44,593 nt of DNA from Deltaproteobacteria bacterium (GTDB taxonomy: Bacteria; Desulfobacterota; Desulfobacteria; Desulfobacterales; C00003060): contig JAFDFO010000004.1 in assembly GCA_019309815.1 (NCBI GenBank), positions 1 to 44,593 on the forward strand. The letters run 5' to 3'. Under the pieces are notes generated by a model, which saw only the letters and a program-made list of their open reading frames with translations, was not told where the DNA came from and ran no database searches. Both the position numbers and the translations under genes were made by a program. Below, in pieces: positions 27,807-35,880 of this stretch; position 1 is the first letter of the stretch, and every line of letters starts with the position of its first letter.

Positions 27807-28005
27807 TTCAACGTATAAGAGGAGAGGCATGAACCCATCTCAAAAATGTGGATCAGGGCTCAGGGCAAGTTGAAAATCCCGAGATTGCCGTCGGGAACGC
27901 GGGACGGCGAAAAGGCGGAGTCCCGCTACAAGCGGGATGAGCTTGAAGATTTTGAGCTGGCCCGCAACGCAGCCATGGGGCCTTAGACGCGTTTTTCAGA
28001 TGGGT

Positions 28006-28440
28006 TCATATGTGTACTTTACACTTAGGACAGTACCCAAAGACCTCCAGTTTGTGTCCCTTGACTAAAAAGTCATATTTCTCGGCCATCTTCCTTTCCA
28101 ACTTGTGCAGGGCCTTCTCCTGAAACTCCACTGTGTTTCCGCACTTCAGACATCGAAGGTGACAGTGGTGTTCATGCCCGTAGATATGCTCGTAGTGCCA
28201 GTGACCATCTTCAAAATAGGCCTCCTGGATAAGACCTGATTCCAGCAGGTACGGAATCAACCGATAAATGGAAGGCTTGGAGATCTTCTTCTTCTGGGCT
28301 CTCAGGCGCAGGTAGAGCTCATCAACATCAAAGTGATCGTGGGTAGCAAATATCTCTGCGATAATGGTTTCCCGCTCAGGGGTATTTCGAAGCCCCTTCT
28401 TGCGGATAAACCCTCTGAACACCTCGATTTCGCTTCTCAT
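28006..28440 (-). CDS. Fur-family transcriptional regulator
   Basis: LRNTPERETIIAEIF...HFDVDELY... HHCHLRCLKCGNTVEF ... GYCPKCK is a Fur fold with two CxxC pairs. The ATG at 28440 is preferred because the palindromic operator lies at 28454-28468. Confidence 0.85.
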   Translation of the reverse strand: MRSEIEVFRGFIRKKGLRNTPERETIIAEIFATHDHFDVDELYLRLRAQKKKISKPSIYRLIPYLLESGLIQEAYFEDGHWHYEHIYGHEHHCHLRCLKCGNTVEFQEKALHKLERKMAEKYDFLVKGHKLEVFGYCPKCKVHI

Positions 28441-28453
28441 GGTGACTACCTGC

Positions 28454-28468
28454 AATTGATTATCAATT
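28454..28468. promoter_or_regulatory. Perfect 7-1-7 palindrome AATTGAT-T-ATCAATT (Fur-family operator candidate)
   Basis: Read directly; it lies 14 nt upstream of the Fur paralog start. The 7-1-7 architecture matches classical Fur-family boxes. Confidence 0.5.
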
Positions 28469-28558
28469 TATTTAACAACACGTCAGCACCGTGTCAATAC
28501 CTAATCCAACTGCAACACAAATCCCTGCGTGTTCAACTGTGCCCGGAGGGTGAGACCG

Positions 28559-29398
28559 CTAATCTCTGGGGCCACGGAATCGAAAGGTCACCCCCTTGAG
28601 AATCGTGGCCAGAAGGTAGGCTATTCCTGCAACCACGATGATCGTCGCTCCGGCAGGAAGATTGGGCTGATACGATACAACAAGCCCCGTAGTCGTGAAG
28701 ACGGCCCCCAGAATGGAGGCCAAAACCATCATTTGAACCAGGCTGTGGGCGTAATACCTTGCAGTTGCTGCAGGTAGGGTCAGCAATGCAATCACCAAAA
28801 TAATGCCGACTACCTGAATGAGGATTACCACAGTGAGTGCGATGAGACAAAGGAGTAGCAGGTATGTCCCCACCACACCGACCCCTTGGAGTTGACTATA
28901 TTCCTCATCGAAGCACACGGCCAGGAAACGCTTGTAAAAAACAACGACAGAAACAATGATCAAGGCATCAAGATAGGCCAGCACGCGAATACTCTCACCC
29001 TGGACCATCAAGATATTGCCAAAAAGATAGCTCATCAGATCCACGTTGTAGCCGGGTGTCTTATAGATGAAAAGCAATCCCACGGCCATCCCCACTGCCC
29101 AAAGAGCACCGATCAGTGTGTCTTCGTGCTCGTGATAGTACACACTTACAAATCCGATGATAAGAGCGGCCGCAAGGGCTGACACCACAGCACCGTGTAT
29201 AGGATTGTGGCCATAGTAGTAGGCGATTCCCATACCCCCTAAGACCGTATGAGCAATACCGCCACTGATAAAAACGATTCGTCTCACAACCACATAGGTC
29301 CCCATAATCCCGCAGGCCACGCTGGCAAGCAAACCGATGACGACGGCATTTTGCATGAAACTCTGGTTTATGAAAACGTCAAGAAATTCGAGCATCAA
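28559..29398 (-). CDS. znuB: Metal (Zn/Mn) ABC transporter permease
   Basis: 279-aa polytopic protein of the ABC-3 family type, downstream of the matching ATPase and binding protein. Confidence 0.85.
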   Translation of the reverse strand: MMLEFLDVFINQSFMQNAVVIGLLASVACGIMGTYVVVRRIVFISGGIAHTVLGGMGIAYYYGHNPIHGAVVSALAAALIIGFVSVYYHEHEDTLIGALWAVGMAVGLLFIYKTPGYNVDLMSYLFGNILMVQGESIRVLAYLDALIIVSVVVFYKRFLAVCFDEEYSQLQGVGVVGTYLLLLCLIALTVVILIQVVGIILVIALLTLPAATARYYAHSLVQMMVLASILGAVFTTTGLVVSYQPNLPAGATIIVVAGIAYLLATILKGVTFRFRGPRD

Positions 29399-29456
29399 AC
29401 AATTTTCCCGTTAACTGAGTGGTTGTTAGAATAATGCCCTGTACCGGTAACAAACC

Positions 29457-29584
29457 GGAATATTGGAATACTGGAATATTGATAAAAGATTCTTTTTGTT
29501 TTCCATCATTCCATCATTCCATTATTCCATCTTGCCCGCCGTAGGTTTACCGAAGGCGGGTACTCCATCACTCCATTACTCCAG
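29457..29584. repeat. Heptamer hairpin repeat inserted between znuC and znuB
   Basis: ggaatattggaatactggaatattg ... ttccatcattccatcattccattattccatc, then a GC hairpin gcccgcc..ggcgggt, then ctccatcactccattactccag. It occupies most of the 199-nt intercistronic gap. Confidence 0.8.
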
Positions 29585-29597
29585 TCTCCTATTGTAT

Positions 29598-30338
29598 TTA
29601 GAGTTCACACGTATGTTTCAGCATATGCACGGGCCCACCATAGCAAGCCTCAATCACATCCCCCGTGATTTTCTCCGTGGGGTTGCATACAAGTCGCCGG
29701 TTTATGCAGGCGACACGGTTCACGTAGGTAGAGATGAACCCCAGGTCGTGAGAGACGAGCATAATGGTAACCTTTTCGTTGAGCTTCTTCAGGAGGTGAT
29801 AGATGTCTTGCTCAACCCTGCCGTCAATGCTCGCTGTCGGCTCATCCAACAGGAGCAATTCGGGTTGCCCCACCAGCGCTCTGGCCATGAGAACCCGCTG
29901 CTGCTGTCCGCCCGAGAGCGTGCCAAAACGCCTGTTGCAAAGATCATAGATTTCAGTCTCGCGCATCGCCTCTTCCGCTGCCTGCCGATCGGTTTTCCGA
30001 TACCGCCCCAGCACAGGGGCCTGACCCAATCGGCCTATGAGCACCACGTCTGTGACACTGATGGGAAAGCTTGTGTCCAGGTTTGCGTGCTGAGGAACAT
30101 AGCCGATGAAGTGACGCCCCCGCTCCGGGGACTCGTCGAACACCCGGACTTTCCCCCTTGTTGGATGAATGAGGCCTAAGATAATCTTCAAAAGGGTTGT
30201 TTTCCCGCTTCCGTTCGGGCCAACCACACCAAGGAAATCACCTTCCTCAACAGTAAGGGTGATGTCCTCAAGAACGAGATTCCCGTCATAGGCAAAATCA
30301 ATGTGATCTACTTCGACAACTACTTTTTTCCGGCTCAT
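29598..30338 (-). CDS. znuC: Metal ABC transporter ATP-binding protein
   Basis: Walker A GPNGSGKTT, signature LSGGQQQR, Walker B LLLLDEP. There is a 4-nt overlap with znuA. Confidence 0.9.
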   Translation of the reverse strand: MSRKKVVVEVDHIDFAYDGNLVLEDITLTVEEGDFLGVVGPNGSGKTTLLKIILGLIHPTRGKVRVFDESPERGRHFIGYVPQHANLDTSFPISVTDVVLIGRLGQAPVLGRYRKTDRQAAEEAMRETEIYDLCNRRFGTLSGGQQQRVLMARALVGQPELLLLDEPTASIDGRVEQDIYHLLKKLNEKVTIMLVSHDLGFISTYVNRVACINRRLVCNPTEKITGDVIEACYGGPVHMLKHTCEL

Positions 30339-31249
30339 TGCAGCACCTCTGCAAAGATTTGAGCGATCTTCTTCATGTTGTTCAGATAGTCCCTGGCCAG
30401 GGGGTCGATTTGGATGACCCTCCCGCCAATGGCGTTTGCCACGGTAGCGGCACTCTTCTCACTGAACTGTTTCTGGACAAATATGACCTTGATCCCTTCT
30501 TTCCTCCCCTCCTTAATAACACGAGCGAGGCCTTTGGCCGTTGCCTCTTTGCCCTCAGTTTCAATCGGTATTTGCTCCAGGGCGTAGTCCTGGGCAAAGT
30601 ATCCCCAGGCCGGGTGAAAGACCATGAATTTGCGGGTTGCGTCGTTTTTCACGATCTCAGCGATTTCTGCATCCAGGTCATCCAGGTCATAGTGAAATGC
30701 TCTCAGGTTGTCCTGGTAGGAAGATTGATGAAGCGGATCCTCAGAGACAAGGGCTTCATAGATGTTTTGAGCTACAGTCCTGGTCAGCCTCAGGCTCAAC
30801 CAGATGTGCGGATCCTTCAAACCTCCGTTCTGACGCTCGGCTTGGAATCCGGCGTGATTATGGCCTTTCATGGACATGAGTCCGATGCCTTTGCGCGTAT
30901 CTACCACCTTCATGTCAGGATTTGCTTTGCTGATACGCTCCATCCAAACGTTTTCAAACGGCACACCGATGCGGAAGTAGAGTTTCGCTCTACTCAGTTC
31001 CGCCATCTGCTTCGGCATAGGTTCATAGGTGGCCGGGCTGTGCCCTGGACCAACCATAACAGAAACATCGACCCGCCCGCCGCCGACACGCTCCACAAAA
31101 TAGGCTTGGGGAAGAATGCTGACAAAGACCCTGATTCTCTCATTCGCATCATCTAAGGGCTCTGAACAAACCAGCGCGGCCTTTAACAAGGCTATGGCCA
31201 AAACAACGGCCAAGCAAAGCCCTGTCCGTATACGGCCCTTCCCTGTCAC
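30335..31249 (-). CDS. znuA: Metal ABC transporter substrate-binding protein (ZnuA/TroA family)
   Basis: Signal peptide, the DPHIWLS motif, and a His-containing loop (MKGHNHAGF). It sits at the head of the transporter operon. Confidence 0.9.
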   Translation of the reverse strand: MTGKGRIRTGLCLAVVLAIALLKAALVCSEPLDDANERIRVFVSILPQAYFVERVGGGRVDVSVMVGPGHSPATYEPMPKQMAELSRAKLYFRIGVPFENVWMERISKANPDMKVVDTRKGIGLMSMKGHNHAGFQAERQNGGLKDPHIWLSLRLTRTVAQNIYEALVSEDPLHQSSYQDNLRAFHYDLDDLDAEIAEIVKNDATRKFMVFHPAWGYFAQDYALEQIPIETEGKEATAKGLARVIKEGRKEGIKVIFVQKQFSEKSAATVANAIGGRVIQIDPLARDYLNNMKKIAQIFAEVLQ

Positions 31250-31277
31250 TTCATTCTCCGTCTATTGCGAGGATCGC

Positions 31278-31290
31278 GCAACTCAGTTGC
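31278..31290. promoter_or_regulatory. Palindrome GCAACT-C-AGTTGC upstream of znuA (Zur-box candidate)
   Basis: Perfect 6-1-6 dyad, 29 nt upstream of the znuA start. The same dyad recurs at 31791-31805. Confidence 0.5.
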
Positions 31291-31335
31291 ATTGCAGGGC
31301 AAAAACCCGACACATGTATCTGCCTCGCCGCTGAG

Positions 31336-31770
31336 TTACTCATTTTGCAGGCAGCTTTCGCAGATCCCTTCAAACCGGAGTTCTACATTCTTGATAACCC
31401 GGTCACCTTTGCTCTGTAACTCCTTTACATTAGAAGGGAGTAAATGCGGCCCTAAACACTCCATGATCCCGCATGCACTGCACACAAAGTGAGGGTGATC
31501 GGGGTGGTGGCGTGTCTCTCCCATGCCATACCTGAACGCTCGATCTCCTGCTGACAGGCGCTTTACCAGGCCTTTGTCTACAAGGAGATCCAGAATGCGA
31601 TAAAGGGTGACCTTGTTGATGGACATCCGGTCTTGCACAGCCGCCATGATTTCAGCCGCTGACAGCGGTCTTTGCTCCTCTCCGACCGACCTGAGAACTT
31701 CCTCACGGAGCGGGGTCGGATCCACACCGCGAACTTCAAGCATCTGAGTGTAGTCACAATGTTTGCACAT
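31336..31770 (-). CDS. zur: Fur-family regulator, probable Zur
   Basis: LREEVLRSV...LSAAEIMAAV....INKVTLYRILDLLVDKGLV... HPHFVCSACG ... CESC. It lies immediately upstream of znuACB. The ATG at 31770 (SD gtgagggg) is preferred because the dyad operator sits at 31791-31805, inside the longer ORF-track version. Confidence 0.75.
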   Translation of the reverse strand: MCKHCDYTQMLEVRGVDPTPLREEVLRSVGEEQRPLSAAEIMAAVQDRMSINKVTLYRILDLLVDKGLVKRLSAGDRAFRYGMGETRHHPDHPHFVCSACGIMECLGPHLLPSNVKELQSKGDRVIKNVELRFEGICESCLQNE

Positions 31771-31790
31771 GCCCCTCACTTTAGTTCGAA

Positions 31791-31805
31791 TGCAACTGAG
31801 TTGCA
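31791..31805. promoter_or_regulatory. Palindrome TGCAACT-G-AGTTGCA upstream of the zur gene (autoregulatory operator candidate)
   Basis: Perfect 7-1-7 dyad, 21 nt upstream of the proposed zur start. It is the second copy of the dyad seen at 31278-31290. Confidence 0.5.
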
Positions 31806-31822
31806 AGCCCCAAATCGGCTAC

Positions 31823-31861
31823 AAAAAAAGGGCATGACGACAACAATGTCGCCATGCCCTT
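31823..31861 (-). terminator. Intrinsic terminator after the DapA-family gene
   Basis: On the minus strand the stem is AAGGGCATG ... CATGCCCTT, followed by TTTTTTTG. It lies about 35 nt after the stop at 31897. Confidence 0.7.
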
Positions 31862-31896
31862 TACCTTACGCCTTACGCCTTGTGCCCTTAGCCTGT

Positions 31897-32934
31897 CTAG
31901 TATGAGTCGTAGGTCAGCCCCGCCTGGAACGAATCGTCATGGAGTCTCGCTTCAACATCCACGTTAAAGAAATCCCCGATAGGCTGAAGAATCTCCGGAT
32001 TGTTCTTCCACACCGTGCGACCAGCCTCCAACACCACGTTTAGGCCGTTCTTGGTCATCTTCCCCAAGGGCTGGCGGCATGTTCCGGCCGACATTCCGAG
32101 CACCGCCATCAGGGTCTTCGTGCCAAGGGGGTTCCTCGCGCGGCACCCCACTGACCCTTGAGGTGTGTCTTCCTGGGTCTTTACGGTCACAATCCCAAAA
32201 AGCGGGCCCAGCGCCTTCATCAACTGCTCGCCCTCAGCTGTCTTCCCCTGGGCCAGCAGCGCGGTCATCTCCTGAACCGCCCTGGGCGCTATGTTTGAAG
32301 CAACGGAAATGACGCCGCTTGCCTTGACGGCAGGATCGGTCATCATGTCAAAGGTCATCCCATCATCACCGGACACGATGGTGAAGTCAGCCCCACAGCA
32401 CTCCCGCGTCCTTTTCATGTTGTCAAGGCTGGCTGTGGCCTCCTTGACATGGTTCACGTTGGCAAACTGCTCGTTGAGTATTTGAAGGTCTTCCGGCAAG
32501 AGCTGACACCCTGTGCGCCCGGGTATCACATACGGAATCAATTCCATCTGAGGAAACTTGGCAGCAACAGGCGCAACATACTCCCGTCGTATCTCAAGAG
32601 AGCTTGGCCCGTTGTAATAGGGATCGACGAGCAAAGCTGCATCTGCTCCTACATGAACGGCATGTTCGGTGCTTTGCAGTGTTTCACTGGTGTTGTTGCT
32701 GCCCGTACCTGCAATAGACTGGCACTTCCCCTTGCATTTCTCTGCAACGATCCGAACAACTTCATTGTGCTCTTCCCAATTCAGCGTGGGACTTTCACCT
32801 GTCGTACCCACAGCCAGAATCCCGCTCACACCGCCTGCAATCTGAAATTCAACCAGTTGTTCCAGACTCCCATAGTCAACATCATAGGCGTCTGTGAATG
32901 GGGTCATCAGTGCCGTATAACACCCGCTTAACAT
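31897..32934 (-). CDS. Dihydrodipicolinate synthase (DapA) family lyase, long form (345 aa)
   Basis: ALMTPFT...GILAVGTTGESPTL...AGTGSNNT...LVDPYYN...YVIPGRTG...VNHVKEA (Schiff-base Lys context). The ATG at 32934 has GGAGG 7 nt upstream. The ORF-track start 33102 would read through the riboswitch. Confidence 0.85.
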   Translation of the reverse strand: MLSGCYTALMTPFTDAYDVDYGSLEQLVEFQIAGGVSGILAVGTTGESPTLNWEEHNEVVRIVAEKCKGKCQSIAGTGSNNTSETLQSTEHAVHVGADAALLVDPYYNGPSSLEIRREYVAPVAAKFPQMELIPYVIPGRTGCQLLPEDLQILNEQFANVNHVKEATASLDNMKRTRECCGADFTIVSGDDGMTFDMMTDPAVKASGVISVASNIAPRAVQEMTALLAQGKTAEGEQLMKALGPLFGIVTVKTQEDTPQGSVGCRARNPLGTKTLMAVLGMSAGTCRQPLGKMTKNGLNVVLEAGRTVWKNNPEILQPIGDFFNVDVEARLHDDSFQAGLTYDSY

Positions 32935-32961
32935 GGTAACACCTCCTTGCTTTGCGTTCCC

Positions 32962-32992
32962 AAAAAAAAACAGCTGGAGACCGCTCCAACTG
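32962..32992 (-). terminator. Riboswitch expression-platform terminator
   Basis: On the minus strand CAGUUGGAG-cggu-CUCCAGCUG (9 bp, one G-U pair) is followed by U9. It lies between the aptamer and the DapA-family SD. Confidence 0.75.
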
Positions 32993-33000
32993 TGCCTTAG

Positions 33001-33171
33001 CCGAGAGAGCGCTCCACGGAGAAGCCGTGACAGTCCTGAGGATCTTATCCCCAAGCCCAAACTGCTTTTGCAACAGGACAAAAGCAGGCTTCGGCGATCC
33101 ACCCTTTCACCGCAGGATACGGGCCTGTCACCTCTTCTGCGGTTACTGATGAGGACCGCTCCTCAACTCCC
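33001..33171 (-). promoter_or_regulatory. Lysine riboswitch (L-box) aptamer
   Basis: The minus strand contains the conserved L-box blocks in order: GAGGAGCG ... CAGUAA ... GGUGAAAGGGUGGAUCGCCGAAG ... GGACUGUCACGG...CCGUGGAGCGCUCUC. The published T. maritima and B. subtilis consensus has AGAGGCGC, GAGUA, UGAAAGG..GCGCCGAAG and CUGUCACGG..CCGUGGAGAGC. Confidence 0.85.
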
Positions 33172-33229
33172 GTAACGACTTAGACTAGGCAAATAGCGAC
33201 GGAGTTGTCAAGGAAAAAGATGCTGCAGT

Positions 33230-33697
33230 TCAGCAGCGAAGTGTGGCGATCATTTTGGAAGGATCTAAGAGGATTTCAAATGCCTGGTTGATATGAGTGA
33301 CTACGATGTCTGCAGCCAGCATAGCCTGCAACGTGGCACCCTCCGCCTGAATGGTACAAATGGAAAGCCTGGCGGCCTTGAACATCTCCACGTCAATGTT
33401 GCCGTTGCCTACACACACTGTGTGCTCTGCGCCTATTGACTCAACAAAGGCCCTTTTCTCGTCAGCAGTTTTTGTGATAACCGCCTCGACGTCGGCAGGT
33501 TTTTCGAGGCCCTGCTTGATGGCTCCTCGCGTATCACCGGAAAGGACATAGATCCTGAATCCCTCAGCCCTCATCTTCTCCAGATAGTCAAGGACCCCAG
33601 GAATGAAATCTCCCGATTCGGTAAGTGTGCCGTTCAGATCGAGGACCAGGTTTTCCAGTTCGGCCGAACCCCAGCCAGGGACTGTGATTGTCTTCAC
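33230..33697 (-). CDS. HAD-superfamily hydrolase (COG4087 soluble P-type-ATPase-like)
   Basis: LVLDLNGTL (DxxGT motif I), VLSGD, and VGNGNIDVEM (motif IV-like); 155 aa. Confidence 0.65.
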   Translation of the reverse strand: MKTITVPGWGSAELENLVLDLNGTLTESGDFIPGVLDYLEKMRAEGFRIYVLSGDTRGAIKQGLEKPADVEAVITKTADEKRAFVESIGAEHTVCVGNGNIDVEMFKAARLSICTIQAEGATLQAMLAADIVVTHINQAFEILLDPSKMIATLRC

Positions 33698-33793
33698 TCC
33701 TTTGTTAAGCCCTCCTTATGACAACACTGTTTACCTCACCAACCACACATTGTCAATTTGTGGCACTCGGCGGAGGATGCAGAATGCACTCAT

Positions 33794-33872
33794 GTAGGGG
33801 CGGGGTTTATCCCCGCCCGGAAGTCCCATAATCCGGGCCCGATCAGTGGGTGGGGGTAAACCCCGCCCCTAC
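33794..33872. repeat. GC-rich nested palindrome (GTAGGGGCGGGGTTTATCCCCGCCC ... GGGGGTAAACCCCGCCCCTAC)
   Basis: The outer arms 33794-33809 and 33857-33872 are perfect reverse complements, and each arm is itself a small hairpin. It lies in the divergent intergenic region. Confidence 0.7.
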
Positions 33873-34054
33873 ACCTATTCTTGCTCACGGCGAGCAGAAG
33901 GTTCGGCTGTCAGCCATCAGCCTCATTTGCCATTGACCTCCTTTGGTCATTCCCCTATGTTAACCCTGCTTGCTTGCCCTGCCTGTCCGCCGAAGCCCGT
34001 AAGGGCGAAGGCGGAAGCACGTTAGGGCGGAAGCGAAGTCGAAGGGTTACTGAT

Positions 34055-34894
34055 ATGTACATCAAGTGCTGGGGATCAAGGGGTTCCATTCCTGTTTCCG
34101 GGAAGGAGTACATCAAGTACGGCGGCGATACCACATGCCTGGAAATCAGGACAAAAGACGATCGTCTCATCATCGTGGATGCAGGGACCGGTATTCGAAG
34201 GCTCGGAAACCAGATGGTCAAAGAGGGCCGTTACAAGTGCGACATCATCTTCACCCATGCACACTGGGATCACCTCATGGGTTTCCCCTTTTTCAAACCC
34301 GTTTATCTTCCGAGATGCGAAATCCAGATGCAGGGATGCCCGTTTGCTCAGAAGTACGTTGAAACCATGCTTACCAGGGTTATGTCTCAGCCCAACTTCC
34401 CGGTGAGATATGCGGATATCATGGCCCGAATTAGCTACGAACCTGCCTGTGCACCACACTTTGACATTGGATCCGTCACCGTTATACCGATCCGTCTGAG
34501 CCACCCAAATCAGGGAAGCGGGTACAAGTTCATTGAAGATGGGAAGACATTTGTCTTTCTCACGGACAATGAATTGGGCTATACTCACCGGGGCGGTCTT
34601 TCATTTGACAGCTACCGAGCGTTTTCAGAAGGGGCAGACCTTTTCATGCATGATGCCGAGTATACCGAGGAGGAATATAAGGTCACCAAACAGTGGGGAC
34701 ACTCTGTGTACACCGCCGCTCTGGAGCTGGCCATAAAGGCAAAAGTCAAAAAGTTTGGTCTGTTTCATCTAAACCAGGACAGGACAGACCAGGGTGTGGA
34801 TCAAATGGTTGAAGAATGTCAGCAGATTGTTGCCAAGAGGGATGCCAAGCTGGAGTGTTTTGCTGTTGGAGCTGACATGTCTTTTGTTTTGTGA
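34055..34894 (+). CDS. MBL-fold metallo-hydrolase
   Basis: MYIKCWGSRGSIPVSG..., THAHWDH (HxHxDH motif), and a later HD..Y pattern. The ATG at 34055 is preferred; the upstream 58 codons of the ORF-track version are translated repeat DNA. Confidence 0.8.
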   Translation: MYIKCWGSRGSIPVSGKEYIKYGGDTTCLEIRTKDDRLIIVDAGTGIRRLGNQMVKEGRYKCDIIFTHAHWDHLMGFPFFKPVYLPRCEIQMQGCPFAQKYVETMLTRVMSQPNFPVRYADIMARISYEPACAPHFDIGSVTVIPIRLSHPNQGSGYKFIEDGKTFVFLTDNELGYTHRGGLSFDSYRAFSEGADLFMHDAEYTEEEYKVTKQWGHSVYTAALELAIKAKVKKFGLFHLNQDRTDQGVDQMVEECQQIVAKRDAKLECFAVGADMSFVL

Positions 34895-34906
34895 CAGGGA
34901 AGAACT

Positions 34907-35842
34907 ATGGCCACCATCCGTCCGCTTGAGTTGGGTGACCAATCTCTTGTTGCGCAATACCTGAGGCGCTACCCCCCGAAGATTTCCGAGTTCACCTTCA
35001 CAAACCTTTTTGTGTGGCGCGGTTCCAGACCCATTTGGCTGGCAGAGGTAGAGGATTCTCTTGTCTTCCTCGCCAATGCCCGTGGGGAAAACGATGCAGC
35101 GAAAGTCCTTCTCGGCCCGCCCCTCGGTGAAACTTCTCCACTGTCTGTCTCTCAGGCCCTCGGCATTGACCTGGAAGTGTTTGTCCGCATTCCTGAAGAT
35201 ACAGCCAACGTCTTGCGCAATTCCGGCCTGAACGTCACACACGATCGGGACAATTCCGACTACGTGTACAAGGTTGCCGATCTGGCAGAGCTTCGGGGGA
35301 GGCGTTTTCACAAGAAGCGTAATCACATCAAGCAATGCCTTGCTGCCCACAGATGTGAGTATGAGCCAATAATCCCTGAGCTCGTTTCAGAGTGCCTCGA
35401 CTTTCAGGATCGATGGTGCCAGGCACGCGAATGCGGTAAGAACCCAGGCTTATGCAACGAGTATGTGGCTATTCGCGAAGCGTTCATTAACTATCGGGAT
35501 CTTCAAATCCTGGGCGGGGCAATACGCGTCGATGGAGCAATCGAGGCCTATGCCTTGGGTGAGGAACTGAATCCCAATACAGGCGTGTGGCACTTTGAGA
35601 AAGCAATCCCCGGCGTGCAGGGCCTCGGTCAACTTATCAACCAGTGGTTTTCCAAGCATGCCCTGAGCGGGTTCGAATACATCAACCGTGAGCAGGATCT
35701 TGGTATCCAGGGCCTGCGCCAGGCAAAGGAGAGCTACCATCCCGACCACATGGTTGACAAATTCACTGCTACCCTAAAGGAACCTACGGCCGAAACGCCC
35801 TCGCTCATGAATCCGCACGAGTGTGCAAAGCACTCACCCTAA
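34907..35842 (+). CDS. DUF2156 (phosphatidylglycerol lysyltransferase C-terminal-like, GNAT fold) protein
   Basis: The N-terminus ..YLRRYPPKISEFTFTNLFVWR.. and the later ..GKKFHKKRNHIKQ-like segment (RGRRFHKKRNHIKQC) are typical of DUF2156. It starts 12 nt after the MBL gene. Confidence 0.7.
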   Translation: MATIRPLELGDQSLVAQYLRRYPPKISEFTFTNLFVWRGSRPIWLAEVEDSLVFLANARGENDAAKVLLGPPLGETSPLSVSQALGIDLEVFVRIPEDTANVLRNSGLNVTHDRDNSDYVYKVADLAELRGRRFHKKRNHIKQCLAAHRCEYEPIIPELVSECLDFQDRWCQARECGKNPGLCNEYVAIREAFINYRDLQILGGAIRVDGAIEAYALGEELNPNTGVWHFEKAIPGVQGLGQLINQWFSKHALSGFEYINREQDLGIQGLRQAKESYHPDHMVDKFTATLKEPTAETPSLMNPHECAKHSP

Positions 35843-35880
35843 CATTAGGGTTCACTGGGCAAGGAATAGTACCAACCGCC

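Noticed and set aside
27829-27965. Small ORFs after feoB (14 aa MNPSQKCGSGLRAS; 45 aa MWIRAQGK...) as a possible FeoC or FeoB-associated Cys-rich peptide
   Set aside because: There is no winged-helix-like or hydrophobic-plus-Cys-cluster pattern. The region is a GC-rich multi-hairpin repeat.
29463-30179. 238-aa plus-strand ORF
   Set aside because: It starts inside the heptamer repeat (MEYWNIDK..IIPSFHYSILP is translated repeat) and then runs antisense to znuC.
32935-33102. N-terminal 56 residues of the 401-aa DapA-family ORF
   Set aside because: This part overlaps the lysine riboswitch and its terminator. A GGAGG-N7-ATG at 32934 gives a canonical DapA N-terminus (..ALMTPFT..).
33881-34054. 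N-terminal 58 residues of the MBL-fold ORF
   Set aside because: The sequence is translated mosaic repeat (..CLPCLSAEARKGEGGS..). The family-typical N-terminus MYIKCWGSRGS begins at 34055.
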